A stretch of DNA of 63,300 nucleotides, the filler included, from Octopus bimaculoides (Eukaryota), in the NCBI RefSeq assembly GCF_001194135.2. It is 7 parts of 6 records of this genome, joined end to end, with 100 filler letters (N's around TTAATTAATTAA, not from the genome) between each part and the next. Parts side by side here need not be neighbours in the genome. Positions count along the whole stretch, not along the records: positions 9,031 to 23,822 come from NC_068982.1; positions 23,923 to 43,131 come from NC_068986.1; 5 more parts are not named here. The stretch is one strand, 5' to 3'. The stretch's first letter is position 1. Every line of letters begins with the position of its first letter. Shown piece after piece: positions 13,334 through 26,529 of this stretch. The position numbers and the translations under genes were made by a program. Below the pieces are notes generated by a model, which saw only the letters and a program-made list of their open reading frames with translations, did no database searches and was not told the origin of the DNA.

Positions 13334-13622
13334 AGCATTATATTATATTACACGAAGCATGTTTTTTTCGCAGATATCAATTTAGTCTGTTTGTAACAGT
13401 ATACAACGAAATAGGATAAAGGATTTATAAGTTATTTAGAAAATGTTATTGATATTATTTTCAATTTTCTCATATGCTAAAAGAATATTTTATTTTCAAA
13501 TCAAAATTATACTTAATTTTAGTCATTTATAACTTTCCGAAGTTTGGTACAATCCAATAATATTGGTTTTTTAAAATTAGTTGGATACGACACTTTATAA
13601 AATGTTAAATTCCCTTCATTTA

Positions 13623-14200
13623 TCATTCTGAATTCCCCTCAGTGCTAGTACAACGATAATATAACATTGACTTTTGTATGAGAGGGAGGATTGTCATGCC
13701 ATCTGGTTTACTCTCGTCCACATAGTCCTTCGGTGCTTTTAAAGGAAATCCCTTAGTTACAAACAATCTGATTCTATCCCTGCTAAAATATTTTCTCTGA
13801 TGATATCCACACTGAGTATTACCTGTATCAGTATCAACGGTCACTCTTTTACCTCTAACTTTCAACCATGCTGTCTTACCGCTTTTACTCTTCTGTCACT
13901 TCTACAACAGCTTCTGCTCCTCCGAGCTAGTTCGTAGCATACTATTTTCACCCAAGGCTATCTGTCTCACACGTTTCTCCACCACTCGATGCTTATTCTG
14001 TATCTAATTTCCTAGGCCGCGCACTAACCCTTATCCAGTTCATCCACACTAGGTCCTCAGCCCTCTGAAATTCCTTTCTCCAGTATGTTTTCCCATAGGT
14101 GTCAATCTTTAGCCTTCGAGTTTGAACATCTGCCACATAAATGTAACCAGTCACAGAGGTCTTGCATAAGTCATAAGATCTTGCATAGTACTTCCTTCTA
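13623..14200 (-). mobile_element. Possible decayed LTR-retrotransposon (Gypsy-like) gag/protease remnant
   Basis: WLKVRGKRVTVDTDTGNT resembles the retropepsin active-site strand with a DTG motif. The upstream frame is coding-like but has many stops. No LTRs seen. Confidence 0.3.
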
Positions 14201-14611
14201 TGACTAGCCTACAAAAGAAAGTAGAATATGCGTAAATTTCATTGAATCTGCTTGCTTACGTGCAAGGCAAATGATTCTAAACATCAATAACATTGAGACC
14301 CATTATTTGTTAGCCGTATAAAATAACTTTGAATCCCTAGAGTTACTGATTTATTTTTAAGGTTGGTTCATTCACGTAAACAGAACTTATTAGAAGAGTA
14401 GAATTAGTTAAAAAAACAGCAGCAAGCAGAGGTTTAAGAATTTCGTCATAGTTACATGGGTTTCGAGTTAGGCCCGACAGTGCAGCAAATGGGCATGTAT
14501 ATTTTACGATAATCTGAGGTTAACCTGAGGTTTACCTACAACTTATGAGTGAAGTTAAGTTGACAGAAACCATATGGAAGTAATTTAGATGGACTGTACT
14601 AGTTTGAGATA

Positions 14612-14876
14612 AAATAAAATATATAAATGCGCCCTTTTAAAGCCTAACCAGGCTCATGGGCTTGGTTTCCCAGTTTCAATGGCGTATGTGTTCCCCAGCT
14701 AGACGGGACGCCAGTCCATCGCAGCGTTACTCATTTTTGCCAGCTGAGCGGACTGGAGCAACGTGAAAATGAAGTGCTTTGCTCAAGAAAACAACGCGTC
14801 GCCCGGTCCAGGAATCGAAACCACAATCTTACGATCATGATGCTGACACCCTAACCACTAAGCCACGCGCCTCCAC
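14612..14876 (-). mobile_element. Full-length tRNA-derived SINE (family B3) with 14-bp target-site duplication
   Basis: Minus-strand head GGAGGCGCGTGGCTTAGTGGTTAGGG...GTTTCGATTCC (A and B boxes), CORE-like TTCTTGAGCAAAGCACTT, and GCGATGGACTGGCGTCCCGTC 3' part. ACTAGTTTGAGATA is repeated at 14598-14611 and 14877-14890. Confidence 0.9.
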
Positions 14877-15952
14877 ACTAGTTTGAGATAGTAGAGTTTT
14901 ATTTTTCTGAGGGCCGGTTTAACAACCCCACCCGGCTTGTCTGTCTATAAAAGAATCCAATGCGTTGCAAGAATCCAATGCGTTGCAAGCATCCAGGCAA
15001 GGCCTCCGGTCTGAGGGTAACATCACTCCTCTCTTCTTTTTTCCCCATTAGTCTTTCAAGCCACACTGTCCTTCATCTTCTGACTAAACCATACACGAAA
15101 ATACAAAATACTGTAGATATTTTGCGGAAATTTAAGATATAGAAATATTATAAGAAATATACAGTAATTGTATTGACAGATGTTGACTTACTACAGAAAT
15201 GACACTCGTTAATCTGTATAGAAGAAGCTGAAAAGAAAGCAAATATTGATGAAATAAATAAATAAATAACTAAATAAATAAATAAATAATTCTCTTTTGG
15301 AATCCTCTTTTCATATTTGTAGGATTTATAGGTGAGAATATAATAAAATATCTGGGAGGGATTTAAAAAAATTAACCGGTATTCAAATAACACAAAGAAA
15401 TTCTATATTTAATGAGTTTCAGGAAAGCAGGCATGCACTTACATACATACATACATACATAAATACATACATACATACATACATACATACAAATATACAC
15501 ATACACACACACACAGTTACACACATACACACACACGTGTGTGGGTATTAAATAAATATGTATGTGCATATATGTGTGTGGGTATGTATGTAAATGAATT
15601 CATCAATTCTTTTCTTTTGTCAAGCATGAAATATATAAAACAAAATAAAATAAAATATAGTCAAAAGTTTTTGTCTGCTTTCGAGCAATTCCAACTTGAA
15701 TCTCTCTTGAGGAATCCTTTTGGAAGCTAGATGTGTCTTTTCTTCCCTTGATTTCTTCTATTCTATTTGATGGCTCTTATTTAGTCCCACCTTCTAATTC
15801 AATTTCATCGATATTTCAACTATCTGAAAGAGTAAGAGACATTAAGAGCATTCCCAAAAGTCACTGAACTCTGATTCAGCTCTTTTACATGCTAATCACA
15901 AAATCTTTTGATTTGATTTGTTGCTATGGCTCATTGGTTACACGTAACTACG

Positions 15953-16032
15953 TCTTCTTCTTCTTCTTCTTCTTCTTCTTCTTCTTCTTCTTCTTCTTCT
16001 TCTTCTTCTTCTTCTTCTTCTTCTTCTTCTTC
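15953..16032. repeat. (TTC)n microsatellite
   Basis: Pure trinucleotide run. Confidence 0.95.
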
Positions 16033-17113
16033 TTTCTCACTGTTCCCTCAACATCTATACACATTTCCTCTGCGTCCATTCATCAACTGCTTTCTTCTTC
16101 AATGCACTTTTTCTGTTTTCATTGTCGTGACTACTCTCTTCTAAGCAGCTTCCTACATAAAAAACGCATAAAACACACATAAATGCACAAATATACACAT
16201 ATTGCTTCTCCATAAATAAGACAGCTATTGTCAAATCAATGAAGCACTCAGAGCTAGGCTTGTTGTATTTCCCCATAAATCGACTAGCAATATTGTTTGG
16301 CTAGGATATCAATCGCTAGAAACTCAAGAGATCAAGTAGCTGTCTCCTCCCTCCTCTTCTTTTATTTTCTTATTCTTCTCCTCCTTCTTCTATTTATAAT
16401 TCCCTCTTTTCTCTCTTCAATCTTTGATTCACTTTGGATCTTCGAGCAGACAATAGATCTCCGTCTTTAAGAAATTAATATTCTCAATATATGGAACTAA
16501 CTTTTTCCAAAGGCTCTAATACATAGTTGAAAAATACTATATATTTCTTTAAATTACTATTTTCAAAAACTTGATTTATCATTACAGATCACATGAGTTT
16601 GAGATCTCTGACACTAATTTAACCAATTTCATAGAAATAATTTCCGTACATTTTGAACACAAAATGATGACGACATTATATTAAAAAAAAAATGTTTCTC
16701 AGGATTTTTTACAGATACACGTAGACAGACATACACGTGCCTGCACGCGCACTTTCAACCGCATAGACACACGCATACACAAAGACACACAAAAACGTCC
16801 GCTCACCGACGCATATGTACACATCTACATACAAAGAGGCACGCACAAAGAGACACATAAAATCACATACACATAAATAGATATGCATTGGTTTCTGTTT
16901 AGGTATATATGAGTTTGTGCCTGCTTACTGTGTCTGTGCACATTTACATATGGATAAGATAGAAGATTAATATTACATGCCTGTCTATTCCTCCCTCCAA
17001 ATACTACTTTCATTGCTTGCGCCTGCGCAAACACGCACACGTATCGAAAATATGCATGTATATGCGTTTGTGATTATATACATATATATACATATATGTA
17101 TAAATATATACTG

Positions 17114-17164
<51 letters not shown>

Positions 17165-17372
17165 CATGTATATATATACATATATGTATGTATATATATA
17201 TATATATACATGTATTATATATATATACTGTATTATATATATATATATTTCGCTTTGGTATTGCGATACTTCTAACCTGGTGTAGAAACTCAATATACGT
17301 ATGCTTCTGAGTTAGTGGAGTATAGAGCGGTAATTGAAAAAAAAAAACAAAAAAAAAAACAAGATGACTGAC

Positions 17373-17616
17373 GAATAAACGATTATCTTGTGAACTTCAT
17401 GAGCTTACAACTGTTTCCGATAGTTTTATCGGACCATCAAACACGAAGTACAATTTACTTGAGAAAACAATTACATTCACTTTCCCAAATATATTGCACT
17501 TCATATTTGAGGATCCGATGAAGGTATAAGGTGTTACGCACTCAACTATGATTCCACTGCATCTCATAGTAGAAACAGCTTGAAGCTAATGAAGTTTATA
17601 AGATAATCGTTTATTC
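17373..17616. repeat. Short element with about 45-bp terminal inverted repeats
   Basis: GAATAAACGATTATCTTGTGAACTTCATGAGCTTACAACTGTTTC (17373-17417) is matched, with several substitutions, by the inverted copy at 17572-17616. Confidence 0.75.
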
Positions 17617-17649
17617 TTTTCTCTATCATCTCTTTTTCTAACTTAACAC

Positions 17650-17680
<31 letters not shown>

Positions 17681-18129
17681 GTATATATATCTATGTGTGT
17701 GTGTGTGTGTGTGTTTATATATATATATCTGTATTTATCTATCTTTCTGTGTTCACATATTTTCCCTTCTGGTATGAACCTGATGAAGTACCAGTTGAGT
17801 ATTCGGATCAATGTAATCGAGTAGACTCCTCCACCAAAATTTCAGACTTTGTGCCCACAGTAGAAAGGATTATTATTGTTATTGTTGCTGTTATTTGCAT
17901 TTGTCACGTACAGAGGTGTTATAAAACTCTCTGAAAATTTTTGAATTATTAGCAAGTCTTATAAAGTCTTTAGAACGTTGGCACATCTATTACAATATGT
18001 ATGGCAAATAGAAGACCTCTTTTAAGTACCACATTTTTCTTGAATTTTATTGTATCCACGATCATTTGCAGTAGCACTATCTCTATTAAAGGAATAGTAA
18101 GAGTTTGTAACAAAATTTGGAGTAGCACA

Positions 18130-18348
18130 AGGAGAGGGTGCTGAAAAGCTCTTGACTTTGGGTAAAAGAAAATACAGGAGCATCAGTTAACTATGGTTTT
18201 AGTCAATATATTCCCCTCTCAGATTCACACACTTATTGCAGTGGTCCTCCAGTTTTTCTAAGCCCTGTAAAAGAACTCAGAAGGTCGGACCTCCTGCCAG
18301 GCCTTTCGCGACACCCTTAACACCAGGAATTTTTTTAGCAGTCTTCGT
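18130..18348 (-). mobile_element. Mariner-derived non-autonomous element (MITE-like)
   Basis: Degenerate TIRs (GAGGGTGCTGAAAAG... / ...TTTTTAGCAGTCTTCG-TA) enclose an antisense fragment reading LQGLEKLEDHCNKCVNLRGEYID*, the typical mariner transposase C-terminus (GIxKLxxRWxKCVxxxGxYVE). Confidence 0.75.
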
Positions 18349-19309
18349 AATTACCTGGCTTTGTTATAAAGTAGTTATTTAATCTTCGAAAATACGAAAA
18401 TATTGACAGAAATTATAAAAAAATTCAGAAAACAAATGATACTGGGACAAAAAATACACTTTCAAGTACAAGCAGTTAGAATCTAATATATGTAAGCGTA
18501 AGTCTACAGGCTATAAAGAAAAGTAACACCGATAACAATACACGAACATAAATGTTGAAAACGAAGAGAATAAGAAAACTGAAAGCTGAATGAATAGGAG
18601 TTCGAACTGAAAAACATGGAGAGCGTTTCCTATCTTCCTTCTTTTACTGGAGCTCCCTCAAACACATTCTCCCTCATTCTTTGACATAAATCACCTGACG
18701 GGAAAAAAGTCTGCCTCGCAGAACTGTGTAATGAGGAAAAGTACATTGATACCTCACTTTCTTATGAAACAGAGTAAAAAAACAAAAAAAAAAAAAACAG
18801 AAAATTACATATCTCCAGATCTCAAAATATTAGTGAAGATATTCATAGTCAATGAGAATGCTCGGAGTTGATAAAAATTTCAAGGTTGATAAGCAAAAAA
18901 AAACAAAAAAAACAGATGAAGCTTATTAATAAATGCCCAAGATTGGTCAATGAAAATATGCCCAGGCATATTCGGGGATAGTAAAGTTATTTAGGATTAT
19001 CTAATGCCTGGTCCTTTGACTTAATCGGGCCATAAATGTGCACAAATTGTAGCTGAATTTCTTGGATAAGTCACGATAGGAATGACATTTTCAAGGCAAG
19101 CGAGGATTGCGTAAAAGTATCTTTTATAGGTGAGGGTTGTAAAAGATTCCCAAATCTGCTCCCGCAGTTGCAAATTTTGACTAAGTTTTGCGAACGTTCT
19201 AATGTGGACTTGTATAACTGCATCAAATAATCTTGAATTTATAGTCTTCATTGAGTCAGTGGACAATGATGACGCAACTCATCGTCCATTTTCAAAATCT
19301 TCACTCTTA

Positions 19310-19972
19310 TAAACGTTGGAGTGTCGGTTAAAATGCTTTGTGGTATTTCTTCTGATCACTTACCTCCTGAGTTTAAACGATGCCGAAGTCAACTCTGCTC
19401 TTCGGCTTTTAGGAATTAATACAATAAGGTTCCAATCAATTATTCGGGTCGATATAATCAACTAGCCCCACCTTCCTAATTTCTGACCACGCGCTTGTGT
19501 TGCAAACTATTATTTAAGGATTGTGAGTTAGCAAGATCAACTAACTCACTTGTCATATACATTATATAAAAAATTATCTGAGGGTATGGATAAACAAAAT
19601 CGTTAATGCCCCAGAACAAAAAGCCTAGCAGTGTTTCTACTGACACTGCATTTTGAGTTCAAACTTCTTCCTGGTCAACTTTGCCTTTCATCCTTTTAAG
19701 GTCCATAAAATAAATACCAGTCAAGAATAGGGGTCGACAGTATCGACGTAACCGATACCCTAAAAACTGAAAGCCATTTGCTGAAATAATTATATAGAGG
19801 GACAACTAGCAGAACCGTTAGCACGCCGGACAAAATGCTTTGAAAGGATGAAAGACTTCGCTTTTCATCCTTTTGGGTTCGATAAAATAAGTAGCACTGG
19901 GTTCAATGTAATCGACTAAATTCTCCCATAAAACTGCTGGCCTTATGAAAAAATTTAAAACCATCATCATCA

Positions 19973-20048
<76 letters not shown>

Positions 20049-20220
20049 TATTAACGGCATTTGTCCGTACTTGCGTTCTGAGTTCAAATTCGGCTGAGGT
20101 TAACTTTGCCTTTCATCCTTTCGGGGTCGATAAATTAAGTACCAGTGAAACACTTGGATCGATGTAATCGACTAGTCCCCTCCCACAAAATTTCATGCCT
20201 TGTGCTTTTGGTAGAAAGGA
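19310..20220 (+). mobile_element. Cluster of four same-strand family A SINE copies
   Basis: Variants of CTTTGCCTTTCATCCTTTCGGGGTCGATAAATTAAGTACCAGT occur near 19390, 19680, 19860 and 20105. Confidence 0.7.
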
Positions 20221-20245
20221 TTATTGTTATTATTATTATTATTAC

Positions 20246-20299
<54 letters not shown>

Positions 20300-20325
20300 C
20301 ATCATTATCATTATTATTATTATCA

Positions 20326-20396
<71 letters not shown>
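20219..20396. repeat. (ATT)n/(ATC)n microsatellite
   Basis: Long trinucleotide tract directly after the SINE 3' end. Confidence 0.95.
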
Positions 20397-20398
<2 letters not shown>

Positions 20399-21266
20399 GG
20401 TTAGTCCCATTTCTATCGTAATTGTTCCCATTGTCCGATTTACTACAATATTCTTCTTGGAAATAGAATTAATCTTTTATTTGAAATATATTCCTTATGC
20501 TCTTTAATTTCGTTCATTATTACTTCTTTGTTTATATTTAATATTAATCAACAAAATTTATTAATCACTATAGTGTTGCCTCTAACGTCATTAAATCAAC
20601 GCTGACAAACCTGCAGTAGCAACAAAATTCTCCTCTTCCTTCTCCTACCATCCATCATCATCAGCGTCGTCATTGCCGTCACGATCGTCGTCATTATGAC
20701 TATCAACACTGTCGTCGTTGTTATCGTCTGCCACCATTTAATACAACAATATTTTACTTTGTTTTACCAAAATTAATGCAATAAGTGAATAAAAACAAAA
20801 AATTATTTATGAGTATTATTTGTTAGCAATTATCTCTCTAAATTGGGATTCATTTTAATTTTATTTAAAATTGTTTTGCGTATTTTATTTTTCAGATTCG
20901 ACATAAAGCCTTTTGCAAAATTCTGTTTCATTGCATTTCTTTTATGATTGTTCAATATTTTCACTCTTCTGTCACCTGAAAAATACAGAAATACCGAAGG
21001 AGTGAAATTCTAAAATAATTCTTCCAGTGACGAACACAAGACAAAGAACAAGTCACTTTAAACATAAAGCAAACCACGAAATAAAATAAATTTAAAACAA
21101 CAGTAGAGCAAAATTAATTAATTGATTGAATAATTAATGAAAGAAAATTTATTTTATTATATTTCTAAGATTTCGGGTTATTTTAAGAAAATGGGTTTGT
21201 TTCGTCCTTTCTGGTGTTTTATTTTATGTTATATATTTTATTGTAGTATTGTATTGTATTTTAATT

Positions 21267-21307
<41 letters not shown>

Positions 21308-21503
21308 GCAAATTCTGTCACCCGTTTGTGATTCTGGGAAATATAACACGAAGTAAGAATTCAAAAATTATCTTCTTTCTGGAAGTCAGGATAAATTATT
21401 GATTCCTTTCGAGAACATGTTTGTACAAAGGAAAGACTGAAATCGTTTCATGTTCATACCTTACTCAAATCTGTTTGCAGTATAAGAAGAATACACTGAC
21501 TTC

Positions 21504-21614
<111 letters not shown>

Positions 21615-21620
21615 AATTAG

Positions 21621-21846
21621 AAATATTATTGCAATACAATAGTATTATTTTCCAGCTAAATAAAGCATCGCAAAGGTAGAATTATAAATACGAAATAGTG
21701 AAGCTTTACATAGCGTCGTATGGTTATCGACTGCTATTTCCAGCAAACATTGGTGCCTTGTTTTGCCACTATTTCCTATTCATAATTCTACCCTTACAGT
21801 GCTTTATTTAGCTGGAAAATAATACTATTGTATTGCAAGAATATTT
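21621..21846. repeat. Fold-back element with about 80-bp inverted arms
   Basis: Arm 21621-21700 (AAATATTATTGCAATACAATAGTATTATTTTCCAGCTAAATAAAGCA...) pairs with 21767-21846. A 39-bp stretch (TTGCAATAC...AAAGCA) is identical; spacer about 65 bp. Confidence 0.85.
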
Positions 21847-21940
21847 ATAATTTTCATATAAAACTTTTTCACTGACCTCAGTTGTTCAACCGAATATATT
21901 GGCATTGATGGAGCGGATATTTTAAATTTCGTCTTCGGCG

Positions 21941-22016
21941 AACCTAGCTGAAGAAGACTAACCTGATTTACAATAACAAACTTATTCTGGGAAGTCCGAA
22001 ACTCGAGTACTAGGTT
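21941..22016 (+). ncRNA. Type I hammerhead ribozyme motif with palindromic helix III
   Basis: Perfect 7-bp helix I AACCTAG/CTAGGTT; core CTGAAGA (21948-54); helix II GACT/AGTC with an A.C apposition at its base; GAAA (21998-22001); helix III ACTCGAGT; triplet GTA (H17=22009). Confidence 0.85.
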
Positions 22017-22039
22017 ATCCATTCTACGCTGTCTATTTA

Positions 22040-22077
<38 letters not shown>

Positions 22078-23922
22078 NNNNNNNNNNNNNNNNNNNNNNN
22101 NNNNNNNNNNNNNNNNNNNNNNNNNNNNNNNNNNNNNNNNNNNNNNNNNNNNNNNNNNNNNNNNNNNNNNNNNNNNNNNNNNNNNNNNNNNNNNNNNNNN
22201 NNNNNNNNNNNNNNNNNNNNNNNNNNNNNNNNNNNNNNNNNNNNNNNNNNNNNNNNNNNNNNNNNNNNNNNNNNNNNNNNNNNNNNNNNNNNNNNNNNNN
22301 NNNNNNNNNNNNNNNNNNNNNNNNNNNNNNNNNNNNNNNNNNNNNNNNNNNNNNNNNNNNNNNNNNNNNNNNNNNNNNNNNNNNNNNNNNNNNNNNNNNN
22401 NNNNNNNNNNNNNNNNNNNNNNNNNNNNNNNNNNNNNNNNNNNNNNNNNNNNNNNNNNNNNNNNNNNNNNNNNNNNNNNNNNNNNNNNNNNNNNNNNNNN
22501 NNNNNNNNNNNNNNNNNNNNNNNNNNNNNNNNNNNNNNNNNNNNNNNNNNNNNNNNNNNNNNNNNNNNNNNNNNNNNNNNNNNNNNNNNNNNNNNNNNNN
22601 NNNNNNNNNNNNNNNNNNNNNNNNNNNNNNNNNNNNNNNNNNNNNNNNNNNNNNNNNNNNNNNNNNNNNNNNNNNNNNNNNNNNNNNNNNNNNNNNNNNN
22701 NNNNNNNNNNNNNNNNNNNNNNNNNNNNNNNNNNNNNNNNNNNNNNNNNNNNNNNNNNNNNNNNNNNNNNNNNNNNNNNNNNNNNNNNNNNNNNNNNNNN
22801 NNNNNNNNNNNNNNNNNNNNNNNNNATATATATATATATATATATATACACAAACAGGTTTCCGAACTTGAATAAATTATATTTTCTAACATTAGCGTAA
22901 TTCTATACTATTATCACCCACGATACAACACTTCACTAACGACCACTAGAATCTCTACAACATCAGCAATAACTTGGGGCCAACCGACACAAACTACTGA
23001 ATTATCAATAATTATAGTTGTGATGAGAAGTGCAAGAAAAATGTAGCAGTTAGTGCTGTAAAATTGTATCGTTTAATACAATAGTGTTGTAATGTGTAAT
23101 TCTGTAAGGTTGTGGCGGTTAGTAATATAAGGCTGAAACTTTAATCCCAATTTATACCGTAACCAAATAGTATAAATCGTTTCTCTTCTATTTGTATCCC
23201 TATTATCTTTTAATGCCTTCGTTATCAGTTTTCATATGAATATATTTCATTATATTAATTCTAATCTAACACGATCTCTCCATCCGTCACTATATTTAGG
23301 CAGATTTTTATCCACATATTTTTTCTGCATCAAAATATGCTATTATCTAAACCGCGACATTTTTCTTTCCCGGTGTGTCATTATCGAAACCACTGCTTCA
23401 CAACTCAAGGCGGTGAATTATATATATATATGTGTATGTGTGTGTGGTGCGGTGTATGCGTTTGTGTATGTGTGTGTGTGTATGATTACATGTGTGTATA
23501 TGTTTATACATATATTTGTGTGTGTCTGTGTATGTGTGTATGTGCGTGCGTGCGTGTGAATGTATATATATATATATATATATATAGCCATAACTTTTAA
23601 CGCATACTTTTGCATTCCTGGGTAATATCAGGAAAAAAAAGCACACATACAATAATTAATATTCAACTTTTATCACATTTCTTGGTGCTTACATAAAATA
23701 ATGAAATGAATACTAATTTTCAAAACAAAAATATTTATTACCTAAAGACATAATTAAATAAAAAAAAATTCTCTTTAGTATAACTCCTTCCATAACCATT
23801 GTCATTTACTCCCTCTCCTCCANNNNNNNNNNNNNNNNNNNNNNNNNNNNNNNNNNNNNNNNNNNNTTAATTAATTAANNNNNNNNNNNNNNNNNNNNNN
23901 NNNNNNNNNNNNNNNNNNNNNN

Positions 23923-23963
<41 letters not shown>

Positions 23964-24223
23964 AGTAGTCTTTATTCTTGTGGTATATATATACTATACA
24001 TACGCTTAATGAGAGATTATACACCACAAATTGAAACCACATGGTACGTTACCAGCAATATCGAGGGGAGAGGTGATAATTCGACTACCTCGACTCCAGA
24101 GCTCAATTGCCACTTCTTTTATCGACCTCGATCTTTACGATCATTTCAACATTACAAGGCGGAGATAAGTCCTGAATATGCATAATGATTATGTAATATA
24201 ATGCTACATGCGATCCAGGCTCA

Positions 24224-24274
24224 TTTCATCAGAGACAGGTCAGAATGACATTTGTTGAAACGATCGTAATGAAG
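24224..24274 (+). ncRNA. Decayed hammerhead-like motif (core mutated)
   Basis: Helix I TTTCAT/ATGAAG, helix III palindrome ACGATCGT, GAAA and the GTA triplet are present. The core reads CAGAGA instead of CTGANGA. Confidence 0.4.
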
Positions 24275-24309
24275 AATATGTGTAGTACGAGGACGTCCAT
24301 TTTGGGATT

Positions 24310-24358
<49 letters not shown>

Positions 24359-25427
24359 NNNNNNNNNNNNNNNNNNNNNNNNNNNNNNNNNNNNNNNNNN
24401 NNNNNNNNNNNNNNNNNNNNNNNNNNNNNNNNNNNNNNNNNNNNNNNNNNNNNNNNNNNNNNNNNNNNNNNNNNNNNNNNNNNNNNNNNNNNNNNNNNNN
24501 NNNNNNNNNNNNNNNNNNNNNNNNNNNNNNNNNNNNNNNNNNNNNNNNNNNNNNNNNNNNNNNNNNNNNNNNNNNNNNNNNNNNNNNNNNNNNNNNNNNN
24601 NNNNNNNNNNNNNNNNNNNNNNNNNNNNNNNNNNNNNNNNNNNNNNNNNNNNNNNNNNNNNNNNNNNNNNNNNNNNNNNNNNNNNNNNNNNNNNNNNNNN
24701 NNNNNNNNNNNNNNNNNNNNNNNNNNNNNNNNNNNNNNNNNNNNNNNNNNNNNNNNNNNNNNNNNNNNNNNNNNNNNNNNNNNNNNNNNNNNNNNNNNNN
24801 NNNNNNNNNNNNNNNNNNNNNNNNNNNNNNNNNNNNNNNNNNNNNNNNNNNNNNNNNNNNNNNNNNNNNNNNNNNNNNNNNNNNNNNNNNNNNNNNNNNN
24901 NNNNNNNNNNNNNNNNNNNNNNNNNNNNNNNNNNNNNNNNNNNNNNNNNNNNNNNNNNNNNNNNNNNNNNNNNNNNNNNNNNNNNNNNNNNNNNNNNNNN
25001 NNNNNNNNNNNNNNNNNNNNNNNNNNNNNNNNNNNNNNNNNNNNNNNNNNNNNNNNNNNNNNNNNNNNNNNNNNNNNNNNNNNNNNNNNNNNNNNNNNNN
25101 NNNNNNNNNNNNNNNNNNNNNNNNNNNNNNNNNNNNNNNNNNNNNNNNNNNNNNNNNNNNNNNNNNNNNNNNNNNNNNATATATATATGTATATACATAC
25201 TGGTATATATATATGTATACATAAGCGCAAGCATACACGCACACACACGCACGTACACACACGCACACACACACACAACATATATATCGTCTTCTTTTCA
25301 TTTACTCAATCTGACATACATTTTACATTGCGTCATTATGTTCATTTACTGATTCATTCCTCTCTTCCGCTTCCGGTAGTATCAACGGCATTTCTTTACC
25401 GGAAATAAACAACAATATTAATAACAC

Positions 25428-25471
<44 letters not shown>

Positions 25472-26239
25472 GTCCCCACATTGAACAGCAGGTGTCTGTT
25501 AGCAATTAATCAACCGCTGTGTTCATCAGAGCATTTTTATTAGTGTTTTCTCATCGAACAATAATCATCACCATCATGATCATCAAATTTATCGTCACCA
25601 TCATCATCACTATAACCGCTGCTATCGTAATGATTATCTTCTACCTCACCCCCACAACAGCCATCTCTATTGTCATCACCACCACCACCACCACCACCAC
25701 CATCACTACCACCACCACCACCACAACAACAACAACATCAACCACCTCCTTCTCCCTATCCTCCTCCTCGACCTACACCTCCTCGTCGTCGTAGCTATTG
25801 TACTCGACGTCGTCATCGTCAAGATTATCATGATCACCCTCATCACAATCTTCTCCACCCCCATCATTCTCGTCATTACCACAAGTGTCATAATCTCCAA
25901 CACCACCCACCCTTATATTTAGGAATGCCTCTACCGTAACCATAATCACTTTCATTAGCACTGTACCTTTGCCTCATCTTCTCATACTCCTCTTCATCAT
26001 CACCGTCGTATATGGTTGCCGGAAACAAGAATCACAAGGGAGATAATGAATTGGACATATTACACTAACTCAAGAAGATATCGGCCGATGGTCAAATATT
26101 GATTAACCCATATAAGGGTACATGATCTTAGAAATAGATCATCAGGAGCCGTATGTATCGTGATGTTGTGATGTTCATGCTTCAGGGAAGACATGAAGTA
26201 ATCTTGAGAAAATAATTTGAAATAATTGATTATCAGTAC

Positions 26240-26405
26240 AACCCATAAACAGTTGAGAATTAAATACCACCGTTTCAAATACTATAAGAGACCAATATTT
26301 GTTTGCCATTCTAACAGGATCGATAAAATAAATACCAGTAATACATTGGATTCGGCTCGTTTTGAATTCATCAAAACATTTCTCAGAACGAAAGTTAGAA
26401 CAATG
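26240..26405 (-). mobile_element. Degenerate SINE (family A-like)
   Basis: GGATCGATAAAATAAATACCAGTAATACATTGGATTCGGCTCG plus an upstream tRNA-like remnant; low identity. Confidence 0.4.
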
Positions 26406-26465
26406 TACAACGCACAAAACTCCCATACATACATACATACATACATACATACATACATACATACA

Positions 26466-26496
<31 letters not shown>

Positions 26497-26529
26497 GGAA
26501 AGCACTCAGCATACAAAAAAAAAAGACCA

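Noticed and set aside
17781-17815. CTGATGA at about 17781
   Set aside because: Part of a degenerate family A SINE (AAGTACCAGT...); no GAAA or helices.
19021-19266. 81-aa minus-strand ORF with a hydrophobic end, and the similar ORF at 45452-45709
   Set aside because: Only a superficial resemblance to a GPCR TM7; no NPxxY motif and no clear splice sites.
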